From assembly GCA_016788185.1 (NCBI GenBank), contig JAEUTF010000128.1, positions 16,500-80,499 on the forward strand: a stretch of 64,000 bases of DNA. Direction: 5' to 3'. Both the position numbers and the translations under genes were made by a program. Origin of the DNA: Bacteroidia bacterium. GTDB lineage: Bacteria; Bacteroidota; Bacteroidia; AKYH767-A; OLB10. Every line of letters begins with the position of its first letter. Positions within the stretch are counted from its first letter, which is position 1. The notes below the pieces were generated by a model, which saw nothing but the letters and a program-made list of their open reading frames with translations, was not told the origin of the DNA and searched no databases. Shown in pieces: positions 19,143 through 28,504 of the stretch.

Positions 19143-20190
19143 GCAGTATTCGTTCGTAAAGACCTATAAACTTCTGCCGGTTGGCTGATTTCGTGCCTTC
19201 CCTTTCTATGATCTCCCTGTTCATCTCACGAAGTGCCTCCCCGTTCAGTTGTACCGCTTTCCTGATGCAATCGTCATCACCCGGTCTGTACAGTATGCCG
19301 TTTACCCCGTCTCTGATCCACTCCCGGTTGGCGGGAAGATCGGAGACCACCGGTACGCAAGCGCTGGCCATGGCTTCCAGAAGGCTGATGGAGGTGGCAT
19401 CACTCTCAGGAATGGAAATATAAACTTTTGCCCGTCCGTACAATTCCGAATTCAGGGCCTTGTCGACCCAGCCGTAAAACCGGATTTGTTCGTCGATCCC
19501 GGAATCTTCAGCCAGCTGCTTCAGGCGGGATTCCTCAGAACCGGTGGCGGCAATGGCCAGTTTCCAGGTACTGTATTCGGGCGAAGATTGGACGAAGGCA
19601 CAAAACAGTTCAATCACTTTATCGATGCGGTAAAGCGGTGTCAGCTGCCGGTTGGAATACACCAGGTTTTCTTTTTCATGGGATTGCGGCAGGATATCGA
19701 TTCCGAAGTTGGCGATGAGGATGTCAAGCGGTCTGGAACCGGCCATTCTCCGCATCTCATTGGCCATAAAAATGGCATCCGAAGTGAAACAATCGGCATT
19801 CCGGAGAATGTACTTGATCATCCTGCGGTATAAAAAGCCTTTGGAGGGGGTATGTAAAATATCGCTGCCCCAGGCTGTAACCACGGTAGGATATTGCTTC
19901 CGGCAAGCCTGCAGCGTGAACCAGGCGCCACTACCGGCCTGGTGAATATGTACAATATCCGGATTAAAATCGTCGATGATTTTCCGCAGCGTCTTGATTC
20001 TTGATGGGATGGTATGTGCCGAACGCAACGAAAAATCAAAACGCAGCTGCTTTTGCTCCAGGCCCTCCCTGACCTGGTCCGTCACCAGCAGAATTTCATC
20101 AAAAAAGGAGGCAATCAGTTCGAGGTACTTGAACGTATGCACCACGCCCGTTCCGACCAGCAGCAGCTTTTTCTTAGCGGGTGATTTCAT
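19132..20190 (-). CDS. Glycosyltransferase family 1/4
   Basis: GT-B C-terminal domain with SDATSISLLEAMASACVPVVS. The stop overlaps the start of the next gene by 11 nt, suggesting translational coupling. Confidence 0.8.
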   Translation of the reverse strand: MKSPAKKKLLLVGTGVVHTFKYLELIASFFDEILLVTDQVREGLEQKQLRFDFSLRSAHTIPSRIKTLRKIIDDFNPDIVHIHQAGSGAWFTLQACRKQYPTVVTAWGSDILHTPSKGFLYRRMIKYILRNADCFTSDAIFMANEMRRMAGSRPLDILIANFGIDILPQSHEKENLVYSNRQLTPLYRIDKVIELFCAFVQSSPEYSTWKLAIAATGSEESRLKQLAEDSGIDEQIRFYGWVDKALNSELYGRAKVYISIPESDATSISLLEAMASACVPVVSDLPANREWIRDGVNGILYRPGDDDCIRKAVQLNGEALREMNREIIEREGTKSANRQKFIGLYERILHGD

Positions 20191-20203
20191 CGTACGATTC
20201 TGC

Positions 20204-20782
20204 TTAAATGTCCTGTTCCGACCAATTCCTGTAATGATTTTTTAATTCGGGATGCTGCTCCAGAAAGGGGGCATCCAGCTGACGCGTATCCTTTATCACC
20301 TTCGCAGGCTGACCTGCTATCACCGAAAAATCCGGGAACTCTCCGTCCACATAGCTGAAGGCACTGACGATGCAACCCTTGCCGATCTTCGTACCCGGCA
20401 TGATGACCACATGGGGGCCGATGAAGGTATACGCTCCGATTTCAACACCCGCGCGCTGGTAAGCGATTTTCTGGTCAGCCGGTACCTGCACATACGCGCG
20501 ACCGTAGAGACGAATGGCAATGTGACTGCTGTGGGTGAGGATACTTACGAAACTGGTCACCTGGCAACCTTCCGCTATCCACAAATGGTTGCTGGCATCA
20601 AGGAAATTGTAATGACCGATGTATACATGATCGCCCAATTTCAGTTTTTCCTGTTGCACCAGGCAGCTGGTACTGCCGATGCGTACATTCTTCAGGTATT
20701 CACCGGCATGGTTCCGGTATCCTCCCAGCATGACCGGTCGTATCCAGGCCGAGAGTTTTCTGATGATCAGATTTTTCAACAT
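20204..20782 (-). CDS. Hexapeptide-repeat (left-handed beta-helix) O-acetyltransferase
   Basis: Repeated [LIV]-G-x4 hexapeptides (VEIGAYTFIGPHVVIMPGTKIGKGCIVSAFSYV). Confidence 0.8.
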   Translation of the reverse strand: MLKNLIIRKLSAWIRPVMLGGYRNHAGEYLKNVRIGSTSCLVQQEKLKLGDHVYIGHYNFLDASNHLWIAEGCQVTSFVSILTHSSHIAIRLYGRAYVQVPADQKIAYQRAGVEIGAYTFIGPHVVIMPGTKIGKGCIVSAFSYVDGEFPDFSVIAGQPAKVIKDTRQLDAPFLEQHPELKNHYRNWSEQDI

Positions 20783-20793
20783 CCTTGATTTCT

Positions 20794-21576
20794 TTAACGG
20801 TAAAGAGCTCCTTCTTTCAGACGTTTTAAATCATCACGAAGGTTCCAGGGAATATGGCAATACCAATGACGGGGATGACTTAAGAAGTATATCACCTTTA
20901 CTTTTTCTTCAATGGCTCTGAGCGGGTTATAGGGACGGTAGAACTGCGGATAACTTGTGTCTGACCCGATGAAGTGGAACGATCCGAGAAGTACCGGGTT
21001 GTAACATTCGAGGACAATGCCCAGACTTTGCAGCAGATCATCCGTCACAAAAGCAAAGTTGGGAACATCCAGATGCCGGTTTACAAAATCACCGTGTGCG
21101 GCCACGCTGCAGATTTTAATCCCGGTGCTCGTTTCCATGTCATGAACATTCTTCCGGAAGCGATCCCGGATTTCCTCGTAATGGGAGGGAAGCTGATCTT
21201 TCTTCTGAATGCCCTTTTCCTTGCAATAATCCGATAATTCCTCGTAATGGTATCCGGCTTCGAAGCCGGCCGAACTGATTTCCCTGAACAAATCAATGTC
21301 CAAGGTTGAACGCCGGAAATAGTAGCTGCTCCTGATGTTTAGTGATCTTTCGATTTCAAAAAACCTCCTGGCAGTGGAGGGGTCTGTATCGATATCATGA
21401 CGGTGCAGGAAGTACTTTTTTGAGGGATCCGCCTTACCTTCTTTCAGCAAGCTGAAATAGGCGGGCAAACTGAGGTGCTGGTAATCATTTTCAAGTGCAC
21501 ACTCCAGCAAACGCCGGTATTCATCCATCCGGGAAGGGAGGAAAAAATCAGCGTAAAGACGATGCAGGAGGCCCAT
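20794..21576 (-). CDS. Hypothetical enzyme, possibly divergent polysaccharide-deacetylase-like fold
   Basis: 260-aa ORF embedded in the glycan locus. HRHDIDTD and AAHGDF motifs faintly resemble NodB/CE4-like metal sites. The assignment is weak. Confidence 0.6.
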   Translation of the reverse strand: MGLLHRLYADFFLPSRMDEYRRLLECALENDYQHLSLPAYFSLLKEGKADPSKKYFLHRHDIDTDPSTARRFFEIERSLNIRSSYYFRRSTLDIDLFREISSAGFEAGYHYEELSDYCKEKGIQKKDQLPSHYEEIRDRFRKNVHDMETSTGIKICSVAAHGDFVNRHLDVPNFAFVTDDLLQSLGIVLECYNPVLLGSFHFIGSDTSYPQFYRPYNPLRAIEEKVKVIYFLSHPRHWYCHIPWNLRDDLKRLKEGALYR

Positions 21577-21581
21577 GGATT

Positions 21582-22262
21582 TCAGGATTTCCAGTTTACA
21601 TGAAAAGGTTTAAATCCGATCCTCTTTTTGAAAAGACTCAATCCTTCCGATGCTCCCAGCAAGGTATCATACATCAGGTAGGAGGGACGTGGAAGCAGCT
21701 GAAAGATGCGTTCAATCCCTTTCAGAACCAACAGAAACATAATGCCGTTCTTCAGATGGGCCGCATGCCCCATCAAACGGTTAAAGGTGATGAGTTCTCC
21801 ACTTTTCACCAGCCAGAGGTACGCGACCAGTTCATCCTCCTTAAAAAGCCCGTAATAAAAGTTATGCTGGTTTTTGGGATACATTTTCAAGGGTTCCAGA
21901 TAGGCGCTGCTGAGCACCTTTCCCTGCCGGGTTTCCGCTGAATGATGGATGGCATGAATCGCATCGGCCAGGGTGTCGGGGTCAATTTCGCGGAAGATGT
22001 AATTTGCCTTTTCAGCTTTACGGCTGTAATAGGCTGCCGAATTTTTACCCGATACCGATTGCAGGTACTCCGCATAAGTGGGGAATGCCTGCAAGCTCAG
22101 CAAGGCTACGCCAAGGGTTTTATTCCGGATTAAAAAAAACCGGGGGTGCCGTTTTGTGTAATAGGAAAACATCCGCCGCCCCTCTTCACTATGGGTATCG
22201 ATCCGGATGTCGACCCGTGGCAGAGCACGTACGGTTTGGATGATTTTAAGAAGCTTTTTCAT
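21582..22262 (-). CDS. Hypothetical enzyme, possibly GNAT-fold (FemAB/CelD-like) acyltransferase
   Basis: 226-aa ORF. The C-terminal half (YYGLFKEDELVAYLWLVKSGE...GIMFLL...GLSLFKKRIGFKP) has a GNAT-like strand/helix pattern. The assignment is weak. Confidence 0.6.
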   Translation of the reverse strand: MKKLLKIIQTVRALPRVDIRIDTHSEEGRRMFSYYTKRHPRFFLIRNKTLGVALLSLQAFPTYAEYLQSVSGKNSAAYYSRKAEKANYIFREIDPDTLADAIHAIHHSAETRQGKVLSSAYLEPLKMYPKNQHNFYYGLFKEDELVAYLWLVKSGELITFNRLMGHAAHLKNGIMFLLVLKGIERIFQLLPRPSYLMYDTLLGASEGLSLFKKRIGFKPFHVNWKS

Positions 22263-22304
22263 TCAGCAAAATGCCGCTACGAAGATAGTGCATCGTTACG
22301 TTGC

Positions 22305-23570
22305 TCATTCACTCACCCGCAAGGGGGCCGCCAGTCGGTAATACCAAACCAGGGCATAAAGCATGACCAGGCTCCCGGCCAGTGTTAACAGGGTGAAACC
22401 TAAAATGTAACTGCCATAATATCCACCTGCTATAATGGCCGAAAACCTTAAAATCACCTCCGTGATGGTAATGATGGCGGCTTGCCTTTGCTTGTTCCGG
22501 ATGAGAGCGAAACAGGAAACCGGGCTGGCCAGAAAATTAAGAAACAGCCAGGGCGCCATGATCCCAGCGATGGTGCCCGCCTCTTCCCAGCCCTTTCCAA
22601 AGAACCAGGCGAAGAGGGATTCGGCATAGACCCAGAGCAAAATGAATCCGGGCAATCCGAGCGCAGCGAGGCGGATGTATAGTTTTCGGACATGGGGCCG
22701 CATGTCAGCATTCTGCCGGCTCATTTCCGTGAACTTTGGAAATACCACCTGGTACAAGGCCGATCCGATGAATCCGATCGGGGCTTTGAGCACTCGAAAA
22801 GCCTGACCGTAATAGGAGACAATGGCAGGAACGAAATAATGGTTGAGAAAAAAAACGAGTCCCTGGTCCTGGAAGGTGTCAATCAGGGCATGCGGAGCAT
22901 TGTACACCGGATAGTTTTTATAAAGGCGTAAACACTTCTTCATGGCTGTCGGCCTGCGCAAGGGACGACTGAGAATATCAGGTACATCTTTCAGGAGGCA
23001 CAAAAATCCGGTAAACTGTCCGGTCACCGAGCCGATCAGCAAGCCGGATGGTTTCCAGCCTTTCCACCCCATTAAAATGCCTGACACGGCGGCTATCAGC
23101 GCGCTTCCCACCCTCGACATCAGGTTTCGCGTAAAAGTTTTACGACGCAGGGAAAGGATGTTAAGACTCTGCAACAGGCCTGCGAAAACAATGTACAAGG
23201 GGAGCAGAAAGTACCAGTTGTTGAAAGCGGCCTGCATCGGGGCATCCCCCCTGTATTTCCAGAACAGGACCAGCAGCAGACTGATCAACGCAATCAGAAA
23301 AGAAGAATAAAAGGAGATGCTGACCAGGTCGAGGGCCTCTTCCTCTTCTTCGGGAGCCATGATGGCCACTTCATAACGTAAGGTGGCTACGACCGCAAAG
23401 ATGCTGGCCGTGGAATAAAAAAGCTGGAAAACGGCAAACTCTTCCGGAGAATAAATCCGCGTCAGCAGAGGAGTGCTGAGGATATTGATCAGCTGGGCAA
23501 GCGCGGTTCCTGTTACAAGCGTCGTAACGTTCTTAAAAAATCCCGACCGCTTGCTGAACAGCTTTATCAT
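22305..23570 (-). CDS. Wzx-type oligosaccharide flippase (MOP superfamily polysaccharide biosynthesis protein)
   Basis: 421 aa with about 12 hydrophobic helices. N-terminal KNVTTLVTGTALAQLINILSTPLLTRIYSPEEF is typical of Wzx/RfbX proteins. Confidence 0.85.
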   Translation of the reverse strand: MIKLFSKRSGFFKNVTTLVTGTALAQLINILSTPLLTRIYSPEEFAVFQLFYSTASIFAVVATLRYEVAIMAPEEEEEALDLVSISFYSSFLIALISLLLVLFWKYRGDAPMQAAFNNWYFLLPLYIVFAGLLQSLNILSLRRKTFTRNLMSRVGSALIAAVSGILMGWKGWKPSGLLIGSVTGQFTGFLCLLKDVPDILSRPLRRPTAMKKCLRLYKNYPVYNAPHALIDTFQDQGLVFFLNHYFVPAIVSYYGQAFRVLKAPIGFIGSALYQVVFPKFTEMSRQNADMRPHVRKLYIRLAALGLPGFILLWVYAESLFAWFFGKGWEEAGTIAGIMAPWLFLNFLASPVSCFALIRNKQRQAAIITITEVILRFSAIIAGGYYGSYILGFTLLTLAGSLVMLYALVWYYRLAAPLRVSE

Positions 23571-23601
23571 GCGGGCATCCTTTTCCGTTTGGCGCCGGCG
23601 C

Positions 23602-25164
23602 TTACTTCGCGTAATTCACGGCCCTGGTTTCCCGGATTACGGTAACCTTTACCTGTCCGGGATAGGTCATCTCGGTCTGGATCTTGTTGGCAATATCGAA
23701 TGACAATTGTTCGGTTTGTTTATCGTCCAGTTTTTCACTTTCCACAATGACACGCAATTCGCGTCCCGCCTGGATGGCAAAAGCTTTCTCAACGCCTTTG
23801 TACGACTGAGCCAGGTTCTCCATTTCCTTCAGACGCTTCATGTACTGCTCCACAATTTCACGTCTTGCACCCGGCCTGGCCCCGCTGATCGCATCGCAGA
23901 CCTGGATGATGGGCGAAAGAATACTGGTCATTTCAATTTCATCGTGGTGGGCACCGATGGCATTGCATACTTCCGGATTTTCCTTCGAGCGTTCGGCCAT
24001 TTTCATGCCGGCAATGGCGTGCGGAAGTTCCATGTCTTCTTCGGCCACTTTTCCGATATCGTGCAGAAGTCCGGCGCGCTTGGCCAGTTTTACATTCAAA
24101 CCGAGTTCAGCCGCCATCAACGCGCAGAGGTTGGCTACCTCACGGCTATGTTGCAAAAGGTTTTGTCCGTAGGAGGAGCGGTATTTCATCCGACCTACCA
24201 TGCGGATCAGTTCCGGGGCCAACCCGTGTATGCCCAGGTCGATGGCCGTACGCTTTCCGGTTTCTACAATTTCCTCGTCCAGCTGACGCTTCACTTTGGC
24301 CACCACTTCTTCGATACGGGCCGGATGAATACGACCATCGGAAACCAGTTGGTGAAGGGCCAGTCGTGCCAGTTCCCGGCGAACCGGATCAAAGCCCGAA
24401 AGGATGATGGCTTCGGGTGTATCGTCAACGATAATTTCTATTCCTGTGGCAGCCTCCAGCGCGCGTATGTTACGGCCCTCACGTCCGATTACCCTTCCCT
24501 TCACTTCATCGTTGTCGATGTGGAATACGGTAACGGCATTTTCAATGGCATGCTCGGTAGCCACCCTTTGAATGGTCTGAATAACGATTTTCTTGGCTTC
24601 TTTGTTGGCCGTCAGTTTCGCCTCATCCATGGTCTCCTTGATGAATTGCATGGCGCCCGTTTTGGCCTCTGCCTTTAACGCTTCCACCAGTTGCGCTTTT
24701 GCATCTTCAGCAGATAATCCGGCAATTTTCTCCAGCGCCTGAACCTGCTTGTGATGGGCTTTGTCCAGGTCTTCTTTTCGGCGATCCACAATCTCCAGCT
24801 GGGAGGTAAGATTGGCCTGCATGGCTTCGAGTTCCGCCTGTTTGCGCTTGTTCTGTTCGATCTGCTGGTTCAGATTCCCTTCCTTTTGCTTTATTCTGCT
24901 CTCCGCCTGCTGAATGTTTTTGTCTTTCTCCGCGATGTGCTTCTCGTGCTCGGTTTTCATCTGATAGAAGCGGTCCTTCGCTTCCATCGTCTTGTCCTTA
25001 AGCAGTATCTCTCCCTTCGCCTGGGCTTCCTTGATGATGGCATTCGCCTTTTCCTCTGCCGCTGCGATGAAGGTCTGGTTGTTTTTCCGGGTGATCAGGT
25101 ATGCAATCAGGCCTCCAATCACCAGTCCTGCAAGCGCCGCTATGATGATGAATATATTGTCCAT
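23602..25164 (-). CDS. rny: Ribonuclease Y
   Basis: 520 aa with an N-terminal TM helix, coiled coil, KH domain ([15 protein letters not shown]) and HD domain (LLHDIGK...GAHH). Confidence 0.97.
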   Translation of the reverse strand: MDNIFIIIAALAGLVIGGLIAYLITRKNNQTFIAAAEEKANAIIKEAQAKGEILLKDKTMEAKDRFYQMKTEHEKHIAEKDKNIQQAESRIKQKEGNLNQQIEQNKRKQAELEAMQANLTSQLEIVDRRKEDLDKAHHKQVQALEKIAGLSAEDAKAQLVEALKAEAKTGAMQFIKETMDEAKLTANKEAKKIVIQTIQRVATEHAIENAVTVFHIDNDEVKGRVIGREGRNIRALEAATGIEIIVDDTPEAIILSGFDPVRRELARLALHQLVSDGRIHPARIEEVVAKVKRQLDEEIVETGKRTAIDLGIHGLAPELIRMVGRMKYRSSYGQNLLQHSREVANLCALMAAELGLNVKLAKRAGLLHDIGKVAEEDMELPHAIAGMKMAERSKENPEVCNAIGAHHDEIEMTSILSPIIQVCDAISGARPGARREIVEQYMKRLKEMENLAQSYKGVEKAFAIQAGRELRVIVESEKLDDKQTEQLSFDIANKIQTEMTYPGQVKVTVIRETRAVNYAK

Positions 25165-25242
25165 TTTTTGAATTTGTCAGGTTATTGAATTGTGTATTGG
25201 CTAGTGTTGATTTCAGATGGATGGGGATGATTTCTCATCCGG

Positions 25243-25419
25243 TGTAAAATATAAAACCCGCATTCGTACGGCCGCGAGTAAACCCCAGAGATCAGGGTCG
25301 GAGTCAGCCGGCTGATTTGCGCTTTCCCGTCGGTGCGGGACTTGCCCTTGGCAGCCTGAGTCTTTCTCCTAGTGGATGTATGTTGAGTTTACATCGCCGA
25401 CCAGTACGAATGCGGGTTT
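25243..25419 (-). ncRNA. Candidate structured small RNA (6S-like by size, shape and position); identity unproven
   Basis: A 16-bp perfect long-range pairing (25254-25269 aaacccgcattcgtac with 25404-25419 gtacgaatgcgggttt) extends inward by about 14 further pairs (ggccgcga/tcgccgacc, gtaaac/gtttac). The helix encloses ~105 nt of GC-rich sequence with several local hairpins. On the minus strand the helix is followed by UUUUAUAUUUU. It lies in a 298-bp non-coding gap between zapA and rny, both on the minus strand. Confidence 0.45.
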
Positions 25420-25462
25420 AAACAGAATGGTTCTGTAAATTCCCAATTAAGAATAAAGAACG

Positions 25463-25756
25463 TTACACTTCCTTACCGAAGGCCTTCACCAGGTCGCAGA
25501 GGTTTTTCAACTCCCTGTTAATCGATTCTTCCTGGCTTTGCTTGTCTTTTTGATAGCCCAGTTGTTCTGCCGCCAGGTGCAAGGAGCACATGGCCATCAG
25601 ATCCTGTACATCCCGGACTCCGAATGCTTTTTCATATTCCTTGAGCCGGAGGTTCACCATCTCCGCTGCTTTTTCCAGAACAGCCTGCTCGGCACTGTCT
25701 ACCTTTAAAGGGTAGGTCCGGTTGGCTATTTGCAGTTTGACAGATGTATTGCTCAC
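25463..25756 (-). CDS. zapA: Cell division protein ZapA
   Basis: 97 aa. VKLQIANRTYPLKVDSAEQAVLEKAAEMVNLRLKEY matches the ZapA fold pattern (I.G..Y.l......E..l..aA..l...l). Confidence 0.85.
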   Translation of the reverse strand: MSNTSVKLQIANRTYPLKVDSAEQAVLEKAAEMVNLRLKEYEKAFGVRDVQDLMAMCSLHLAAEQLGYQKDKQSQEESINRELKNLCDLVKAFGKEV

Positions 25757-25760
25757 GGTT

Positions 25761-26057
25761 TCAATCGCGGTTGATAAGGTGGAGGCATTTATCGATTTCC
25801 CGCAGATAGCGGTTGATCTGATTTTTTAGTTCACGGGTAGACTGGTCGTCTCTACCGTTTATTGCCTGCGCTAATTTAATGGTTTTAACCTGTTCTTTAA
25901 GCTGGTGTACCTCGGTTTCAAGATTTTGTTTTTCAACCAATGCCTGTTGATGCTTTTCCTTTTCATGCCGCAACTGCTTTTGAAGGTCCCGGTGATGATC
26001 CAGGGCGGTCCGCAGCAACTGCGTCAGTTCATCGAGGTGGGCGTATGGGCCAGACAT
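25761..26057 (-). CDS. Small coiled-coil protein upstream of zapA (function unknown)
   Basis: Heptad-rich, charged sequence (LQKQLRHEKEKHQQALVEKQNLETEVHQLKEQVK). ATG at 26057 is preferred to the TTG at 26084. It ends 4 nt before zapA starts. Confidence 0.6.
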   Translation of the reverse strand: MSGPYAHLDELTQLLRTALDHHRDLQKQLRHEKEKHQQALVEKQNLETEVHQLKEQVKTIKLAQAINGRDDQSTRELKNQINRYLREIDKCLHLINRD

Positions 26058-26187
26058 AATACTTTGAAACTGAATTATTGACAAAGATAACCTGATCTTT
26101 CTGATAAAGCAACGATTCCCCTGGTTCTCCTGTCACATTCCGGATCAGCCAGCCTGAAAGCAAAGTGAATCTGCCTATTTTTACCCA

Positions 26188-27861
26188 ATGGCTTTCCACC
26201 GATGCCTTGTCTTGCTTCTGTTATTCAAGCTGTTTGGTAAAACTGAATCTTTTGGACAGCAAGCCTTTATGCATCCGAAAGATGCACCCTATGATCTGTC
26301 CGGAAGTTTTGGCGAACTGCGCAGTAACCATTTCCATTCCGGGCTCGATTATAAAACGGAGGGGCGGGAAGGCATGGCGGTTTGTGCCGCTGCGGATGGC
26401 TGGGTGTCGCGAATAAAGGTTTCTTCGACCGGATTTGGCTATGCGCTTTACCTGGATCATCCATCCGGACATACCAGCGTATACGCCCACCTGCATCATT
26501 TCAATGCTGCGCTTTCAGCTTATTTAGATTCGGCACAAAATGCTGAACAATCGTTTGAAATTGAACTGTTTCCTGATTCAGGACGTTTTGTGTACCAGGC
26601 CGGAGAACTGCTCGCGTTCAGTGGCAATACGGGAAGCAGCCAGGGGCCTCACCTGCATTTTGAAATCCGTGACCGGCAGAGCCAGGAACCCTTAAACCCC
26701 AGAACCTTTTTGCACATTCAGGACTCCATCCCTCCAATGATCGCCGGAGGTATCTTCTATGCCAAAGCAAAGCATCAGGCATTCGTTTATCCGTTTGATT
26801 GTTTCAGTGACAGCCTTCCCGAATACCAAACCGCTTACGATAGTTTGTTTTTGGATGTTTTTGCTTTTGACCCTGAAGGGGAAAATGTATTGGGCATTTA
26901 CCGGGCGGAACTATTTTTAGATGACTCCCTCCTGTATGCTTATTCCTTCAATCGCTTCCACTTTGATGAAACACGTTTTGTAAATGCGCATGCAGGATGG
27001 TTCAGCAACGAGGGTAATAAAGGCTTCAGCCACCATCTTTTTAAATTGCCGGGCAATGCTTTCTCCGCATTTACCAATGCCGGAACCGGAACCATCGTAT
27101 TGAAGGATACCGTTCCACATCAGCTTAAAATCAGGGTCAGTGATTACAACGGCAACAGGTCGGAATCACTGATCAGCATCAAGCAGTCAAGCCACGTTCA
27201 AGTTGAAAAAACAATGAACGACTCCCTGCCGTTCATACCCTTTGGCACTGAATGGGCTCAATCATTTACAAATGGCTTAAAACTTCGTATCCCCCGTGGG
27301 GCCTTATACCAGGACCTCCCGCTGGATACGCCGCGATCCTGGCCAGCCGCTAACTTTTGTTCCGATATTTATTTCTTCCTTCCTCAACTTGACTATCCGT
27401 TGCATGTGGCGGGAAGGCTGGAAATGCCTTATCGCCCTCTTCCGTTCGTCCGTCCGGAACAATACCTGCTGATCAAACTCAACTACAAAGGCGGGAACTA
27501 CAAAACCGAGGAATATATATTGCCCGATAGCCTGGAGGCACATACCCTCTTAGCAAGATTCAGAAAAGGAGGGATGTACGCTGTAACCTCCGATACCACT
27601 TCACCCTTCCTTCTCGGACCATTTTCGGAAGTGGATCCGGTGGACCAGACACACTATTCCGTTTGTACCCTCAAGGATTTACATTCTGGTATCAAGTCCT
27701 ACAGGGTGGAAATCAATCACGAATGGATGCTGGCATATTTTGACAGCAAAAGCGGAAATTTACGATGGAAGAAGGGGCACCGGGGCACCGGTCCTCAACT
27801 GATTAGCATTTATCTTGCTGACCGCTGCGGCAATACTGCGAAAATTGAATTGATCGAGTAA
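26188..27861 (+). CDS. M23 family metallopeptidase (secreted)
   Basis: Signal peptide, then HFHSGLDY, HTSVYAHL and GPHLHFEIR zinc-site motifs of LytM/M23 peptidases. Long C-terminal extension of unknown function. Confidence 0.9.
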   Translation: MAFHRCLVLLLLFKLFGKTESFGQQAFMHPKDAPYDLSGSFGELRSNHFHSGLDYKTEGREGMAVCAAADGWVSRIKVSSTGFGYALYLDHPSGHTSVYAHLHHFNAALSAYLDSAQNAEQSFEIELFPDSGRFVYQAGELLAFSGNTGSSQGPHLHFEIRDRQSQEPLNPRTFLHIQDSIPPMIAGGIFYAKAKHQAFVYPFDCFSDSLPEYQTAYDSLFLDVFAFDPEGENVLGIYRAELFLDDSLLYAYSFNRFHFDETRFVNAHAGWFSNEGNKGFSHHLFKLPGNAFSAFTNAGTGTIVLKDTVPHQLKIRVSDYNGNRSESLISIKQSSHVQVEKTMNDSLPFIPFGTEWAQSFTNGLKLRIPRGALYQDLPLDTPRSWPAANFCSDIYFFLPQLDYPLHVAGRLEMPYRPLPFVRPEQYLLIKLNYKGGNYKTEEYILPDSLEAHTLLARFRKGGMYAVTSDTTSPFLLGPFSEVDPVDQTHYSVCTLKDLHSGIKSYRVEINHEWMLAYFDSKSGNLRWKKGHRGTGPQLISIYLADRCGNTAKIELIE

Positions 27862-27953
27862 AATTCTGACATGTATCACGTTAAACTGTAACCGGTATCA
27901 TTGGCAATGCCAGAGGCTGCTTTTACTTTTGGATTGTTATAAAAACTTCAGCC

Positions 27954-28400
27954 ATGACAACATTATTTAAAGCCGACACCGGAAAAATCAAACCAAGGGT
28001 TTTTTCCGGAATGTTAGATCCCTTCTTCAAGAAAGAATGGGGCGAATGGTTCGATAAAAGTTATATGGATACCATTCCCAGCGTAAACATCAGCGAAACG
28101 CCGAAGTCCTACCACGTGGAAATGGCGGCACCCGGATTAAAAAAAGAAGACTTCAAAATCAATATTCAGGGTGATATGATTACCATTTCGAGTGAGAAGG
28201 AGTCTGAAACCAAAACCGAAGAAAAAGAGTTCAGCCGCCGTGAATACAACTATAACTCCTTTAGCCGGTCTTTCAGCCTGCCCGAATTTGTAGATCAGGA
28301 AAAAATTGCGGCTACCTACAGCGAGGGTATTTTGAAGTTGGATCTGCCGAAAAAGGATGTAGTCAAAACGGCGGACACAAAAAATATTAAAGTTTCATAG
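27954..28400 (+). CDS. Hsp20/alpha-crystallin family small heat-shock protein
   Basis: 148 aa with an alpha-crystallin domain (PSVNISETPKSYHVEMAAPGLKKEDFKINIQGDMITISSEK...F.RSFSLP...A.Y.EGILKLDLPK). Confidence 0.93.
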   Translation: MTTLFKADTGKIKPRVFSGMLDPFFKKEWGEWFDKSYMDTIPSVNISETPKSYHVEMAAPGLKKEDFKINIQGDMITISSEKESETKTEEKEFSRREYNYNSFSRSFSLPEFVDQEKIAATYSEGILKLDLPKKDVVKTADTKNIKVS

Positions 28401-28424
28401 TTTGCAGGTTTGGGAAAGAGGCTG

Positions 28425-28463
28425 TAACCGTAATTACAGCCTCTTATTTTTTTTAAGCAGCGG
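28425..28463 (+). terminator. Intrinsic terminator after the Hsp20 gene
   Basis: Stem aagaggctgta / tacagcctctt followed by a run of 8 T. Confidence 0.85.
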
Positions 28464-28504
28464 AATAAATAATATATTCGCTGCAAACCAACACAACAGA
28501 TCTT

